Below the pieces are notes generated by a model that worked only from the letters and a program-made list of their open reading frames with translations, had not been told where the DNA came from and did not search any database. Shown here piece by piece: positions 1 through 6,996 of a stretch of DNA of 64,000 bases. The stretch's first letter is position 1. Each line of letters starts with the position of its first letter. Origin of the DNA: a virus; the IMG/VR virus record IMGVR_UViG_3300028786_000007, positions 1 through 64,000 of that record; one strand, written 5' to 3'. A program made the position numbers and the translations under genes.

Positions 1-61
1 GTGTGGGTTTGTTCGTTGAAAAGCTTAATATTCGGCTTAATTGGTAGGCTGGGGCCTTGTA

Positions 62-89
62 GGGCGCGGTGGGTTAGCCCACCGCGCCC
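62..89. repeat. Perfect 12-bp hairpin GGGCGCGGTGGG-TTAG-CCCACCGCGCCC
   Basis: Inverted repeat read directly from the sequence. Confidence 0.8.
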
Positions 90-278
90 CCAGGTTAAGC
101 ATTTACGCTCGCCGGGCGGGCACCTATATTGGTGTTGCCTTACGGGAAAGGGGACGGCGGAGCGCTCGGTAAAAACTGTCGCCAGCCCTCTATGGGAAAC
201 GTATAGAGTTCCCAGGCCCGTAAGGTAGCTAATGCGGGCAGGTGCTAACTCATTTGGGCATCTACCAGGTCGAGCAAT

Positions 279-415
279 GAACGTGAGCGGCCACTAGGTA
301 ATCCAGCGGATAAGGAGCGCGCTGGCCCCCATGATCCGACAAGGCCGGGGAGGGTGTCGCTAGGCCAACAGTTGCGGACGCGCCGGTTCTAGTCCGTGGC
401 GTGCCGCTCACGTTC
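279..415 (+). ncRNA. Putative structured ncRNA closed by a 13-bp terminal stem, with a T-loop-like hairpin near the 3' end
   Basis: GAACGTGAGCGGC (279-291) pairs with GCCGCTCACGTTC (403-415); internal CGG-TTCTAGT-CCG hairpin. Confidence 0.45.
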
Positions 416-421
416 CCTTAT

Positions 422-605
422 GGGGATGACGCCATTGGCATGGCGCTGGTGCGTGGAACCAGTAAGGTGAAAAGCCAATAGGCTACGCAAGTCCATCTGA
501 ATCTCTTCGGTAAGCGGCACGCGCAACAGATGGGGCAGCACAATTGTCGTAAGGCTTGGGTGTTGTGTGCTTATTAAGCGGGTTCGATTCCCGTCATCTC
601 CACCA
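422..605 (+). ncRNA. tRNA-like / miniature tmRNA-like RNA with alanine acceptor identity (G3.U70, A73, encoded CCA)
   Basis: 5' GGGGATG pairs with 3' CATCTCC-A-CCA; canonical T arm GCGGG-TTCGATT-CCCGT; internal structured insertion of about 115 nt. Confidence 0.65.
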
Positions 606-621
606 ATTTGACAGGCTTTCC

Positions 622-1062
622 ATGCAGCTTCCCTATTATGACTCCACTGATATTGATGTTCTTAAGCGGCTGAGCCCCGTTATCGGGCGGACGCGCATTC
701 AATTTGAACCGACTTGCCCCTGGCGCGGGGCGTCGTTGACGCAGCGGCTCGCAAGTTACGAGCAGCACGGCATGATCGTGCAATCCTCGGGAGCCTATAA
801 ACTGACTGCCCTGGGCGTAGAGGTGTTGCGTCGGGGATTGAGCTTCATTTGGCCGGCCGGCTTCCGCTATAATCCTGCCCACCCCCAAGGTCCGGGGCTT
901 CCTCTGAAGATGGCAACGCGCCGCATGACTGAGGCATATACCTTGTACCAAAAGTTGGGCAGCTATAGCCTAGCGGCTGAGGCAATGGGCACGAAGAAGC
1001 AAAATGCCCATGCCTTGGTGAAAGAATACCTCCGCAGAAAAGGTTCGGGGAGAGCCGACTGA
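622..1062 (+). CDS. Hypothetical protein, possible C-terminal helix-turn-helix
   Basis: ATG 622 just after the ncRNA CCA end; C-terminal YQKLGSYSLAAEAMGTKKQNAHALV resembles an HTH. Confidence 0.55.
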   Translation: MQLPYYDSTDIDVLKRLSPVIGRTRIQFEPTCPWRGASLTQRLASYEQHGMIVQSSGAYKLTALGVEVLRRGLSFIWPAGFRYNPAHPQGPGLPLKMATRRMTEAYTLYQKLGSYSLAAEAMGTKKQNAHALVKEYLRRKGSGRAD

Positions 1063-1087
1063 GGTCGAATAAGCTAAGCTCTTCTTG

Positions 1088-1277
1088 GGTGGGAAGGGCA
1101 AAACCCCCGGAAAACTGGTACCAAGTAACCGGGAAAAGCCCCTCGGCAACAAGCGGTAGGCATCCAGGCGAGCGAAATATGTGCAACTATGATGTGCTCG
1201 TAAGATTAGACCTATGTGAGCTGATTTTGCCCCTGACGGTTGCATCGTTTTGGGGTAAGGACGTAAGTCTTCCCACC
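1088..1277 (+). ncRNA. Putative structured ncRNA (about 190 nt) with terminal stem and potential kissing loops
   Basis: GGTGGGAAG (1088-1096) pairs with CTTCCCACC (1269-1277); loop TGCAAC (1182-1187) is complementary to loop GTTGCA (1239-1244). Confidence 0.5.
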
Positions 1278-1286
1278 TTTATTGCT

Positions 1287-1362
1287 TTCGAGGTAGCTCA
1301 GTGGTAGTAGCGGCGCACTGTTAATGCGTTGGTCGGTGGTTCGATCCCATCCCTGGAAACCA
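1287..1362 (+). tRNA. tRNA-Asn (GTT)
   Basis: Cloverleaf with D arm AGCTCAGTGGTAGTAGC, anticodon arm GCGCA-CTGTTAA-TGCGT, T arm GGTGG-TTCGATC-CCATC and 3' ACCA; one acceptor mismatch. Confidence 0.93.
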
Positions 1363-1363
1363 A

Positions 1364-1446
1364 TTCCCATTCCGGCCCTGCGCAAGCATCCGGTTAGGCG
1401 GCGAGCCGGTTGTGCACTCTAGCTCGTGCGTTGGAGGAGTTGGGAA
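1364..1446 (+). ncRNA. Possible small multi-hairpin RNA directly 3' of tRNA-Asn
   Basis: TTCCCA/TGGGAA closing stem and three internal hairpins including TGC-GCAA-GCA (GNRA). Confidence 0.3.
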
Positions 1447-1484
1447 CGGGGTGGAGGCATCCTAACCTAGTACCCTCCCCTTTT

Positions 1485-1598
1485 GTTGGGGTAGCTCAGT
1501 GGGAGAGCGGCCGGACGCATCCGGTGTCTTAAATCTCCAGGCTGATACACTGCGTGAGGCCTGCGATAGCGCCGCGGGTTCGATTCCCGCCCCCAACG
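1485..1598 (+). ncRNA. Atypical tRNA-like RNA: canonical acceptor, D and T arms, shrunken anticodon loop, 48-nt variable region, no encoded CCA
   Basis: GTTGGGG/CCCCAAC acceptor; TA-GCTC-AGTGGGA-GAGC D arm; GCCGGA-CGCA-TCCGGT; GCGGG-TTCGATT-CCCGC T arm. Confidence 0.65.
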
Positions 1599-1608
1599 CT
1601 CCCCCTAT

Positions 1609-1729
1609 GCCGAGATGCGGGTTGCAACAGTAAGCAATCGCTTGCTTTCCTGTCTAGAAAGCGATCGCTTACTGAGGAGGTTCGAGCCCTCTTGGAAATC
1701 GGAGGTTCGATTCCTCCTCTCGGCCCCCA
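1609..1729 (+). ncRNA. Atypical tRNA-like RNA: acceptor plus T arm, long hairpin replacing the D/anticodon arms, second T-loop hairpin
   Basis: GCCGAGA/TCTCGGC acceptor; GGAGG-TTCGATT-CCTCC T arm; CAGTAAGC..GCTTACTG long stem; extra GAGG-TTCGAGC-CCTC. Confidence 0.6.
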
Positions 1730-1730
1730 T

Positions 1731-1760
1731 CACGTCACAACGTGATCACGTTGTGACGTG
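1731..1760. repeat. Perfect 30-bp palindrome CACGTCACAACGTGATCACGTTGTGACGTG
   Basis: Sequence equals its own reverse complement with no loop. Confidence 0.95.
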
Positions 1761-1860
1761 TGCAATATAGCCCACCGCGGCGAATTTACCCACTACAATT
1801 AGCCCCCCGTAAGGTAAAATAGCGCTACCACTAGCGTAAATACGGGGAATATCCACAAAA

Positions 1861-3627
1861 ATGGAACACATGAAGTTCGGGCCGGTTACGCCGGCCGCCG
1901 ACGCGGTTCATGCAGCCAAATACCGCGGTCGGCATGAATCCTACCGAGAAGCCACCGGTCGCGTTGCCTCCGCGATCTCGGATGGCTCTGTTCACTACGG
2001 CGAGCTGCGTGAGATGATGGGGGCCATGCGCTGGTCGCCGGCCGGGCGCATCTGGTCGGGCGCGGGCGCGGCGAAAAACGTCACGCTGCTCAACTGCTAC
2101 CACTCCGGCGTGATCGAGGACAGCCTGCTGGAAGGCGACGGCTCAATCATGAAGCGGCTCACGGAAGCGATGGCCACGCTCCGCATGGGCGGCGGTATCG
2201 GCTACAATTTCTCCCAGCTACGGCCCAACGGCGCGCTGATCAAGAAGCTCGGCTCGCATAGCTGCGGCCCGGTGCGCTTCATTGAGATGTTCGACGCCGC
2301 GGGCGGCACCATCTCCAGCTCCGGCGAGCGGCGCGGCGCGCAAATGGGGATGATGCGCATCGACCATCCGGATATCCTGGAATTTATCCGCTGTAAGCAG
2401 GGCAACCCCAACTACCTGACCCGCTTCAATCTGTCCGTGCAAGTCACCGACGAATTTATGGAATGCCTCGCCGCCAAACGGCCGTTTGAGCTGCGTCATG
2501 GCGGGCAGTCTTATGGCCATGTTGACCCGGAGGAGCTGTGGGAGACGATGATGCGCTCCACCTGGGATTGGGGCGATCCCGGCGTGTTCTTCATTGACCG
2601 CATCAATCAGGACAACAACCTGCGCTACTGCGAAGAGATCATCGGCTCCAACCCTTGCGGTGAAGTGCCGCTGCCGGCCTTCGGCTCCTGCCTGCTGGGC
2701 TCGCACAACCTGGCGAAGTACCTGAAGCCCGCGATGCTGAGCGACATCGCGATCGGCGGTAATGGCGTCACCGGCCGGGTCTATTCGTTTGATTGGGATC
2801 AGTTCGTGGAGGATATCCCGGTCGCGGTCCGGGCCATGGACAACGTCATCGACGTGACCACTTATCCGCTCTACATGCAAGAGCAGGAGATGAAGTCCAA
2901 GCGCCGTATCGGCCTGGGCTTCACGGGCCTCGCCAACGCGGGCGAAGCGCAAGGTTGGGCGTATGGCACGCCGGAGTTCGTGGAGTTTTCCGCGCGGGTG
3001 ACCATGGTGATGCGCAACGAGGCGTATCGCGCCAGCGCGAAGCTGGCTAAGGAGCGTGGTGCCTTCCCCCTCTTCGACTTCGCTAAGTTCCGAAAATCAC
3101 GTCACTTCGCGGAACTCGATGGTGATGTCCAAGCGCTGATCGAACGCCACGGGATTCGTAACTCGCACCTGATCTCCATCGCCCCCACGGGCACCATCTC
3201 TCTCACCATGGATAACGTGAGCTCGGGCCTGGAGCCGGTCTTCGAGCACGAGGGCGAACGCTTCATCCGCTTCCCCGGTTCGTCGGAGCCGGTCCGGACC
3301 GCGGTGACGGACTACGCCTATGGCCAGTTAGGGGTCAAGGGCCGGAAAATGGAAGAGGTTTCTCTCCAGCAGCATATCGACGTATTGACCGCGGTTAGTA
3401 AGTCGGTAGACCAATCTGTGAGCAAGACTATCAATGTCGGCAAGGAAGTGACCTGGGAGCAGTTCCAGGACATCTACCTGCAGAGCTATCAGGCGGGCTG
3501 CAAGAGCTGCACCACCTTCCGGCCGTCGGGGAAGAAGATGGGCATCCTGATGGGAAAGGCTGAGCCGGCCGAAGAGGGCGGAATGGCCTGTACCATTGGC
3601 CCGGACGGCCAGAGGGAATGCGCTTGA
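1861..3627 (+). CDS. nrdJ: Class II (adenosylcobalamin-dependent) ribonucleotide reductase
   Basis: SPAGR, NC, GGGIG, NPCGE, RRIGLG and APTGTIS motifs, C-terminal Cys pair; no NrdB partner in the window. Confidence 0.9.
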   Translation: MEHMKFGPVTPAADAVHAAKYRGRHESYREATGRVASAISDGSVHYGELREMMGAMRWSPAGRIWSGAGAAKNVTLLNCYHSGVIEDSLLEGDGSIMKRLTEAMATLRMGGGIGYNFSQLRPNGALIKKLGSHSCGPVRFIEMFDAAGGTISSSGERRGAQMGMMRIDHPDILEFIRCKQGNPNYLTRFNLSVQVTDEFMECLAAKRPFELRHGGQSYGHVDPEELWETMMRSTWDWGDPGVFFIDRINQDNNLRYCEEIIGSNPCGEVPLPAFGSCLLGSHNLAKYLKPAMLSDIAIGGNGVTGRVYSFDWDQFVEDIPVAVRAMDNVIDVTTYPLYMQEQEMKSKRRIGLGFTGLANAGEAQGWAYGTPEFVEFSARVTMVMRNEAYRASAKLAKERGAFPLFDFAKFRKSRHFAELDGDVQALIERHGIRNSHLISIAPTGTISLTMDNVSSGLEPVFEHEGERFIRFPGSSEPVRTAVTDYAYGQLGVKGRKMEEVSLQQHIDVLTAVSKSVDQSVSKTINVGKEVTWEQFQDIYLQSYQAGCKSCTTFRPSGKKMGILMGKAEPAEEGGMACTIGPDGQRECA

Positions 3628-3679
3628 CGGAGGTAGGGGTGAGATCTACGCTGTAGGTCTTCTGGCCCTGCGAACTCTT

Positions 3680-3711
3680 AAGGTCGCCCTGGTACCTCGG
3701 GGCGACCTTTT
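3680..3711 (+). terminator. Rho-independent terminator after nrdJ
   Basis: AAGGTCGCCC..GGGCGACCTT followed by T-run. Confidence 0.75.
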
Positions 3712-3868
3712 GCGTTGCCGATTAGCAACTAAGCCTCCATTGCCACGCTAAAACCAACACTATCCAGCACACCGACTCGTGAGTCGCAGCATTAAGGTCG
3801 CCTAACGCCTGCGCCGCGTCATTGATGGGGGGTGGCGCGGTGATTGATACAACGGAGAGAGTAATCTC

Positions 3869-4636
3869 ATGAAGAATTCAATTCTGGGCGGCTTTGCCGC
3901 ACTGCTGCTCAGCGGCAGTGCGGTCGTCGCGGCCGACGCCTATGACCGCAAGGCCGGTTCCAACGTCAAGGAAGTCAAAATCGAGACGGCTTCCGAGAAA
4001 TCGTGGACCGGCATCTGGCTTGGCGCGTTCGGCGGTTATGGCATCAGCAATACCGAGCTGAGCCTGGACCATGTCTACGGCGATGGTTCGCCCGGATATA
4101 ACAAGGGCAAGGTCGATGGCCTCGGTGGCGAGGGCCTGTTCGGTGAGCTGCAGCTCGGTGCGGACAAGCAAATTGGCCAGTTTGTGGTCGGCGTGTACGG
4201 TTTTGTCGGTATGTCCGGCAGCGAAACCACTTTCAATATCGGCGGTGTTGGCGAAGTCGCTTCCGTCGAGGAGCAGTTCGGTTGGGGTGGCGCGATTCGC
4301 ATCGGCAAGCTGCTGAACAGCAACAACCTGCTTTACGTGGCGGGTGGCTACCGCGAAGTTGATGTTGACATCAACATCATCGGCAACCCAACCCAGGAGG
4401 AGACCTTCTCTGGCTTCTTCGGCGAAGTTGGCCTGGAATCGCGCCTGACTTCCATCAGCGACAACGCCTATCTGCGCATCGCCGGCCGGTATACCGTGTT
4501 CGACGACAAGACTTGGTCCGGTAAGAGTGGCGCAAGCGATCCTTGCTGGGACGAGCTGAACGCTGACCCCGGCAAGCTTGAAGTTATGGGCGGCCTGCTG
4601 TTCAAGGTCGGCGGCAAGGAAGTCGGCCTCGACTAA
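3869..4636 (+). CDS. Outer-membrane beta-barrel protein (Omp25/RopB/porin-like) with signal peptide
   Basis: Sec signal ending AAD; SWTGIWLGAFGGYG first strand typical of alphaproteobacterial Omp25 family; alternating beta-strand pattern; RBS GGAGAG. Confidence 0.8.
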   Translation: MKNSILGGFAALLLSGSAVVAADAYDRKAGSNVKEVKIETASEKSWTGIWLGAFGGYGISNTELSLDHVYGDGSPGYNKGKVDGLGGEGLFGELQLGADKQIGQFVVGVYGFVGMSGSETTFNIGGVGEVASVEEQFGWGGAIRIGKLLNSNNLLYVAGGYREVDVDINIIGNPTQEETFSGFFGEVGLESRLTSISDNAYLRIAGRYTVFDDKTWSGKSGASDPCWDELNADPGKLEVMGGLLFKVGGKEVGLD

Positions 4637-4657
4637 GTTCTGACACATCTCAATGCG

Positions 4658-4689
4658 AAGGCTCAGGTTAAACAACCTGAGCCTTTTTT
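4658..4689 (+). terminator. Rho-independent terminator after the OMP gene
   Basis: AAGGCTCAGGTT-AAAC-AACCTGAGCCTT-TTTT. Confidence 0.85.
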
Positions 4690-4706
4690 GCGTCTAGGGG
4701 GCCGCA

Positions 4707-4895
4707 ATGGACGAAGCCAAGCTCAAAGAGCTGAATGAGTGGATCAACGATACCTTTACCGTGACGGCCGCCGACGTTCTGGAGACGGCCCGCCAATATG
4801 GCGCGCATATCAAGAAGGGTGGCCGTACAGAAGCGGCTCTTCTCCAGGCCATTGAACCGTTGATTGGTTCCTACAATGCCCGAGATCAAGGATGA
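4707..4895 (+). CDS. Hypothetical protein
   Basis: ORF with RBS GGGGG after the terminator; packs with neighbours. Confidence 0.55.
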   Translation: MDEAKLKELNEWINDTFTVTAADVLETARQYGAHIKKGGRTEAALLQAIEPLIGSYNARDQG

Positions 4896-5100
4896 GGACG
4901 GCCGCGTCGTAAAGGCCGGCCACATCATCGTCTTCACTTATGGCATTCCGCCCGTCGTGGTTCGGGCGGAGGTGGTGCGCCGCGCCGGCCACCTCGTCGC
5001 GCTCTGCCCTGGGCACAAGCCACCAGAGTGCCGCGTTGACTTACTCAGAAAACACGTGGGAGAATTTCACATTGACACTCAGAAGAAACGTGCACCATAA
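4876..5100 (+). CDS. Hypothetical protein
   Basis: Overlapping packed ORF (MPEIKDEDG...). Confidence 0.5.
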   Translation: MPEIKDEDGRVVKAGHIIVFTYGIPPVVVRAEVVRRAGHLVALCPGHKPPECRVDLLRKHVGEFHIDTQKKRAP

Positions 5101-5293
5101 GCGGCAACTCAAGATACCCGAGCCCAAAGGCGGCTCTTCGGTCGCTTGGCCGGACAACTCCCGCTACAATTGGGCGAACCTGCCCGCCATCCGCGCGGTG
5201 AAGGGCGTGGGCCGGCCGCCGCTGGTCGCTGCGGCGCGCGCGGGCGTACTCTTCAAGAAGCTAAGACCCTCAGGACAAGGATTTACAGCATGA
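5090..5293 (+). CDS. Hypothetical protein
   Basis: GTG start; stop overlaps the next ATG (ATGA). Confidence 0.45.
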   Translation: MHHKRQLKIPEPKGGSSVAWPDNSRYNWANLPAIRAVKGVGRPPLVAAARAGVLFKKLRPSGQGFTA

Positions 5294-5940
5294 GAATTGA
5301 ACCGACCGTCGGCCGGGTCGTTTGGTACTATCCCGCCAATGGCGACAGCAATAAGCCTTGCGCGGCCCTCGTCGCCAACGTGCACGATGAAACCCATATT
5401 GCCGTCGGCTACCTCGACCATATTGGTCAGGCGCACTCCGCGAGCTTTGTGCCGTTGATCCAGGAAGGCGAGGCCCGCCCCTATGGGCGCGACCACTGCA
5501 CCTGGATGCCGTATCAGGTCGGGCAGGCCAAGAAGCATGCTGAGCCGGCCGCGGCGAGCCCGAGCGTCCTGAATCTCCCCTACCAGGAAACTGCTGCAGC
5601 GCTCTCGTCGAGCTCAGCCTTGCGCTTCGGCGACGTGATCGCGGCCCTGGAGCTCGGCTTCCGCGCGCGCCGGACCGGCTGGAACGGCCGCAATATGTGG
5701 ATCGCCTACTCGCCCGGCTCCGAATCGCTACCCGCGGAGAAGTTTTGGTCGGGCGCGAACCGCGAATATGCGGAGCGGCGCGGTGGCTATGCGCGGGTGC
5801 AGCCCTGCCTCACTATGTGCACGGCGGATGGCTCTATCCAGATGGGCTGGTTGGCTTCCCAGCGGGATATGCTCGCCACCGATTGGGAAGTGCTCCACGG
5901 CTGGACGGACGAGGACGAGCGGCCGGAGGTGCACCTGTGA
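5290..5940 (+). CDS. Two-domain protein: conserved phage PTVGRVVWYYP domain fused to a DUF2829 / Tad2-like (Thoeris anti-defence sponge) domain
   Basis: FGDVIAALELGFRARRTGWNG...GWLASQRDMLATDW matches the DUF2829 signature. Confidence 0.75.
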   Translation: MRIEPTVGRVVWYYPANGDSNKPCAALVANVHDETHIAVGYLDHIGQAHSASFVPLIQEGEARPYGRDHCTWMPYQVGQAKKHAEPAAASPSVLNLPYQETAAALSSSSALRFGDVIAALELGFRARRTGWNGRNMWIAYSPGSESLPAEKFWSGANREYAERRGGYARVQPCLTMCTADGSIQMGWLASQRDMLATDWEVLHGWTDEDERPEVHL

Positions 5941-6173
5941 GAGAATCGTCCCGAGTAGATGTGCGGAACGCTATTGAAGCGCGGCTGTATGACCCCATCA
6001 CTGGCGTGTTGACTCACTTTGGTCGGCAAATGCTGGAGAATGCACTGGACAATACAGTCGGTGGCGGTAAGATCAAAGACGTTGATAATGGCGGTCAGAT
6101 CTTCACCGGCGAGATGGTGATTACTCAGGAATTCAACTTCCTTCTTCCGAACAGAAATAAATCTGAAGGCTAG
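5937..6173 (+). CDS. Hypothetical protein
   Basis: GTGA overlap with the upstream stop; RBS GGAGG. Confidence 0.55.
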   Translation: MRESSRVDVRNAIEARLYDPITGVLTHFGRQMLENALDNTVGGGKIKDVDNGGQIFTGEMVITQEFNFLLPNRNKSEG

Positions 6174-6250
6174 GGGGAGCTTTTTAAGCTGAGATGCCTT
6201 AGAGTTACGAGCACCTTCCTAAAGGTGTAACGAACTCTAAGGCTGCAATC

Positions 6251-6919
6251 ATGAAATACATCCTCGCGTTGCTTTCTGTTTTCCTTCTTCCCTCCCCCGC
6301 GAACGCTGATGGCCCTTCTGACTACCGTCCCAACATCAACTATTACGCCCCGAAGCCCGCTTCTATGAGCTACGAGCGCCAGTTGCAGCGCGACTACCAA
6401 CTGTGGAAGCGCGATCAGGCGGAACAGCGCGAGATGGCGCTCATGTCGCGTAAAATGCGCACACGCCGGCTCCGTGAGTTGGAGGCGGAAGATCGCTACC
6501 GGGCGTCCCGAGCTAGGGACCGGCGTCTTCAGCGGCGCTACGAAGCCGCAGAGCGGCACGAGGGACGTACGGAGCGCCGGGACCGGCTACGGCGGGAAGC
6601 GCGTGCCCTCGCCGACGAGCGGGCTCGCTACGCCTCCCAGCGGCGGCGTTATGCAGTTAGTCAGCGCTATGACGAGCCGCGTGGCGCTATGTGCAAGCCT
6701 TATGTGATTGGCCATGGCCAGAAGAAGATCGGCCGGCCGCGCGCAGAACGGGATGCCCGGCTGGGCTGGGTCTCTGACGTCGAATCGCGCTGGGACCGCA
6801 GCTACGCTAATCCAGCACGTGCTGGGGATAAACGCTACCTCTGCGACCGTGATCCCTACACATTGACGCCGCAATATACCTGCAAGTTCAAAGCGCGGCC
6901 CTGTAGGGGAGAGTTTTGA
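6251..6919 (+). CDS. Secreted Arg-rich protein with Cys-containing C-terminal domain
   Basis: Signal peptide MKYILALLSVFLLPSPANA; coiled R/E-rich middle; four Cys in the C-terminal part. Confidence 0.65.
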   Translation: MKYILALLSVFLLPSPANADGPSDYRPNINYYAPKPASMSYERQLQRDYQLWKRDQAEQREMALMSRKMRTRRLRELEAEDRYRASRARDRRLQRRYEAAERHEGRTERRDRLRREARALADERARYASQRRRYAVSQRYDEPRGAMCKPYVIGHGQKKIGRPRAERDARLGWVSDVESRWDRSYANPARAGDKRYLCDRDPYTLTPQYTCKFKARPCRGEF

Positions 6920-6996
6920 GCTGCAACACCCTGTATAAGCGTGTTACGGGGGCCGGCTTACGTCCGGCCCTTAGCTTATTCTGGAGGGCGGGGCTC

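Noticed and set aside
1-228. 75-aa ORF and other short ORFs over the RNA array (1089-1307, 1554-1745)
   Set aside because: No RBS or protein motifs, and they overlap strongly base-paired RNA elements and tRNA arms.
556-621. TTG-start extension of the 556-1062 ORF
   Set aside because: Overlaps the T arm and CCA end of the 422-605 RNA; ATG 622 is more plausible.
3624-3711. TTGACG-17-TACGCT promoter followed at once by a terminator (possible 50-nt sRNA)
   Set aside because: Single weak match overlapping the nrdJ stop codon; cannot be told from chance without TSS data.
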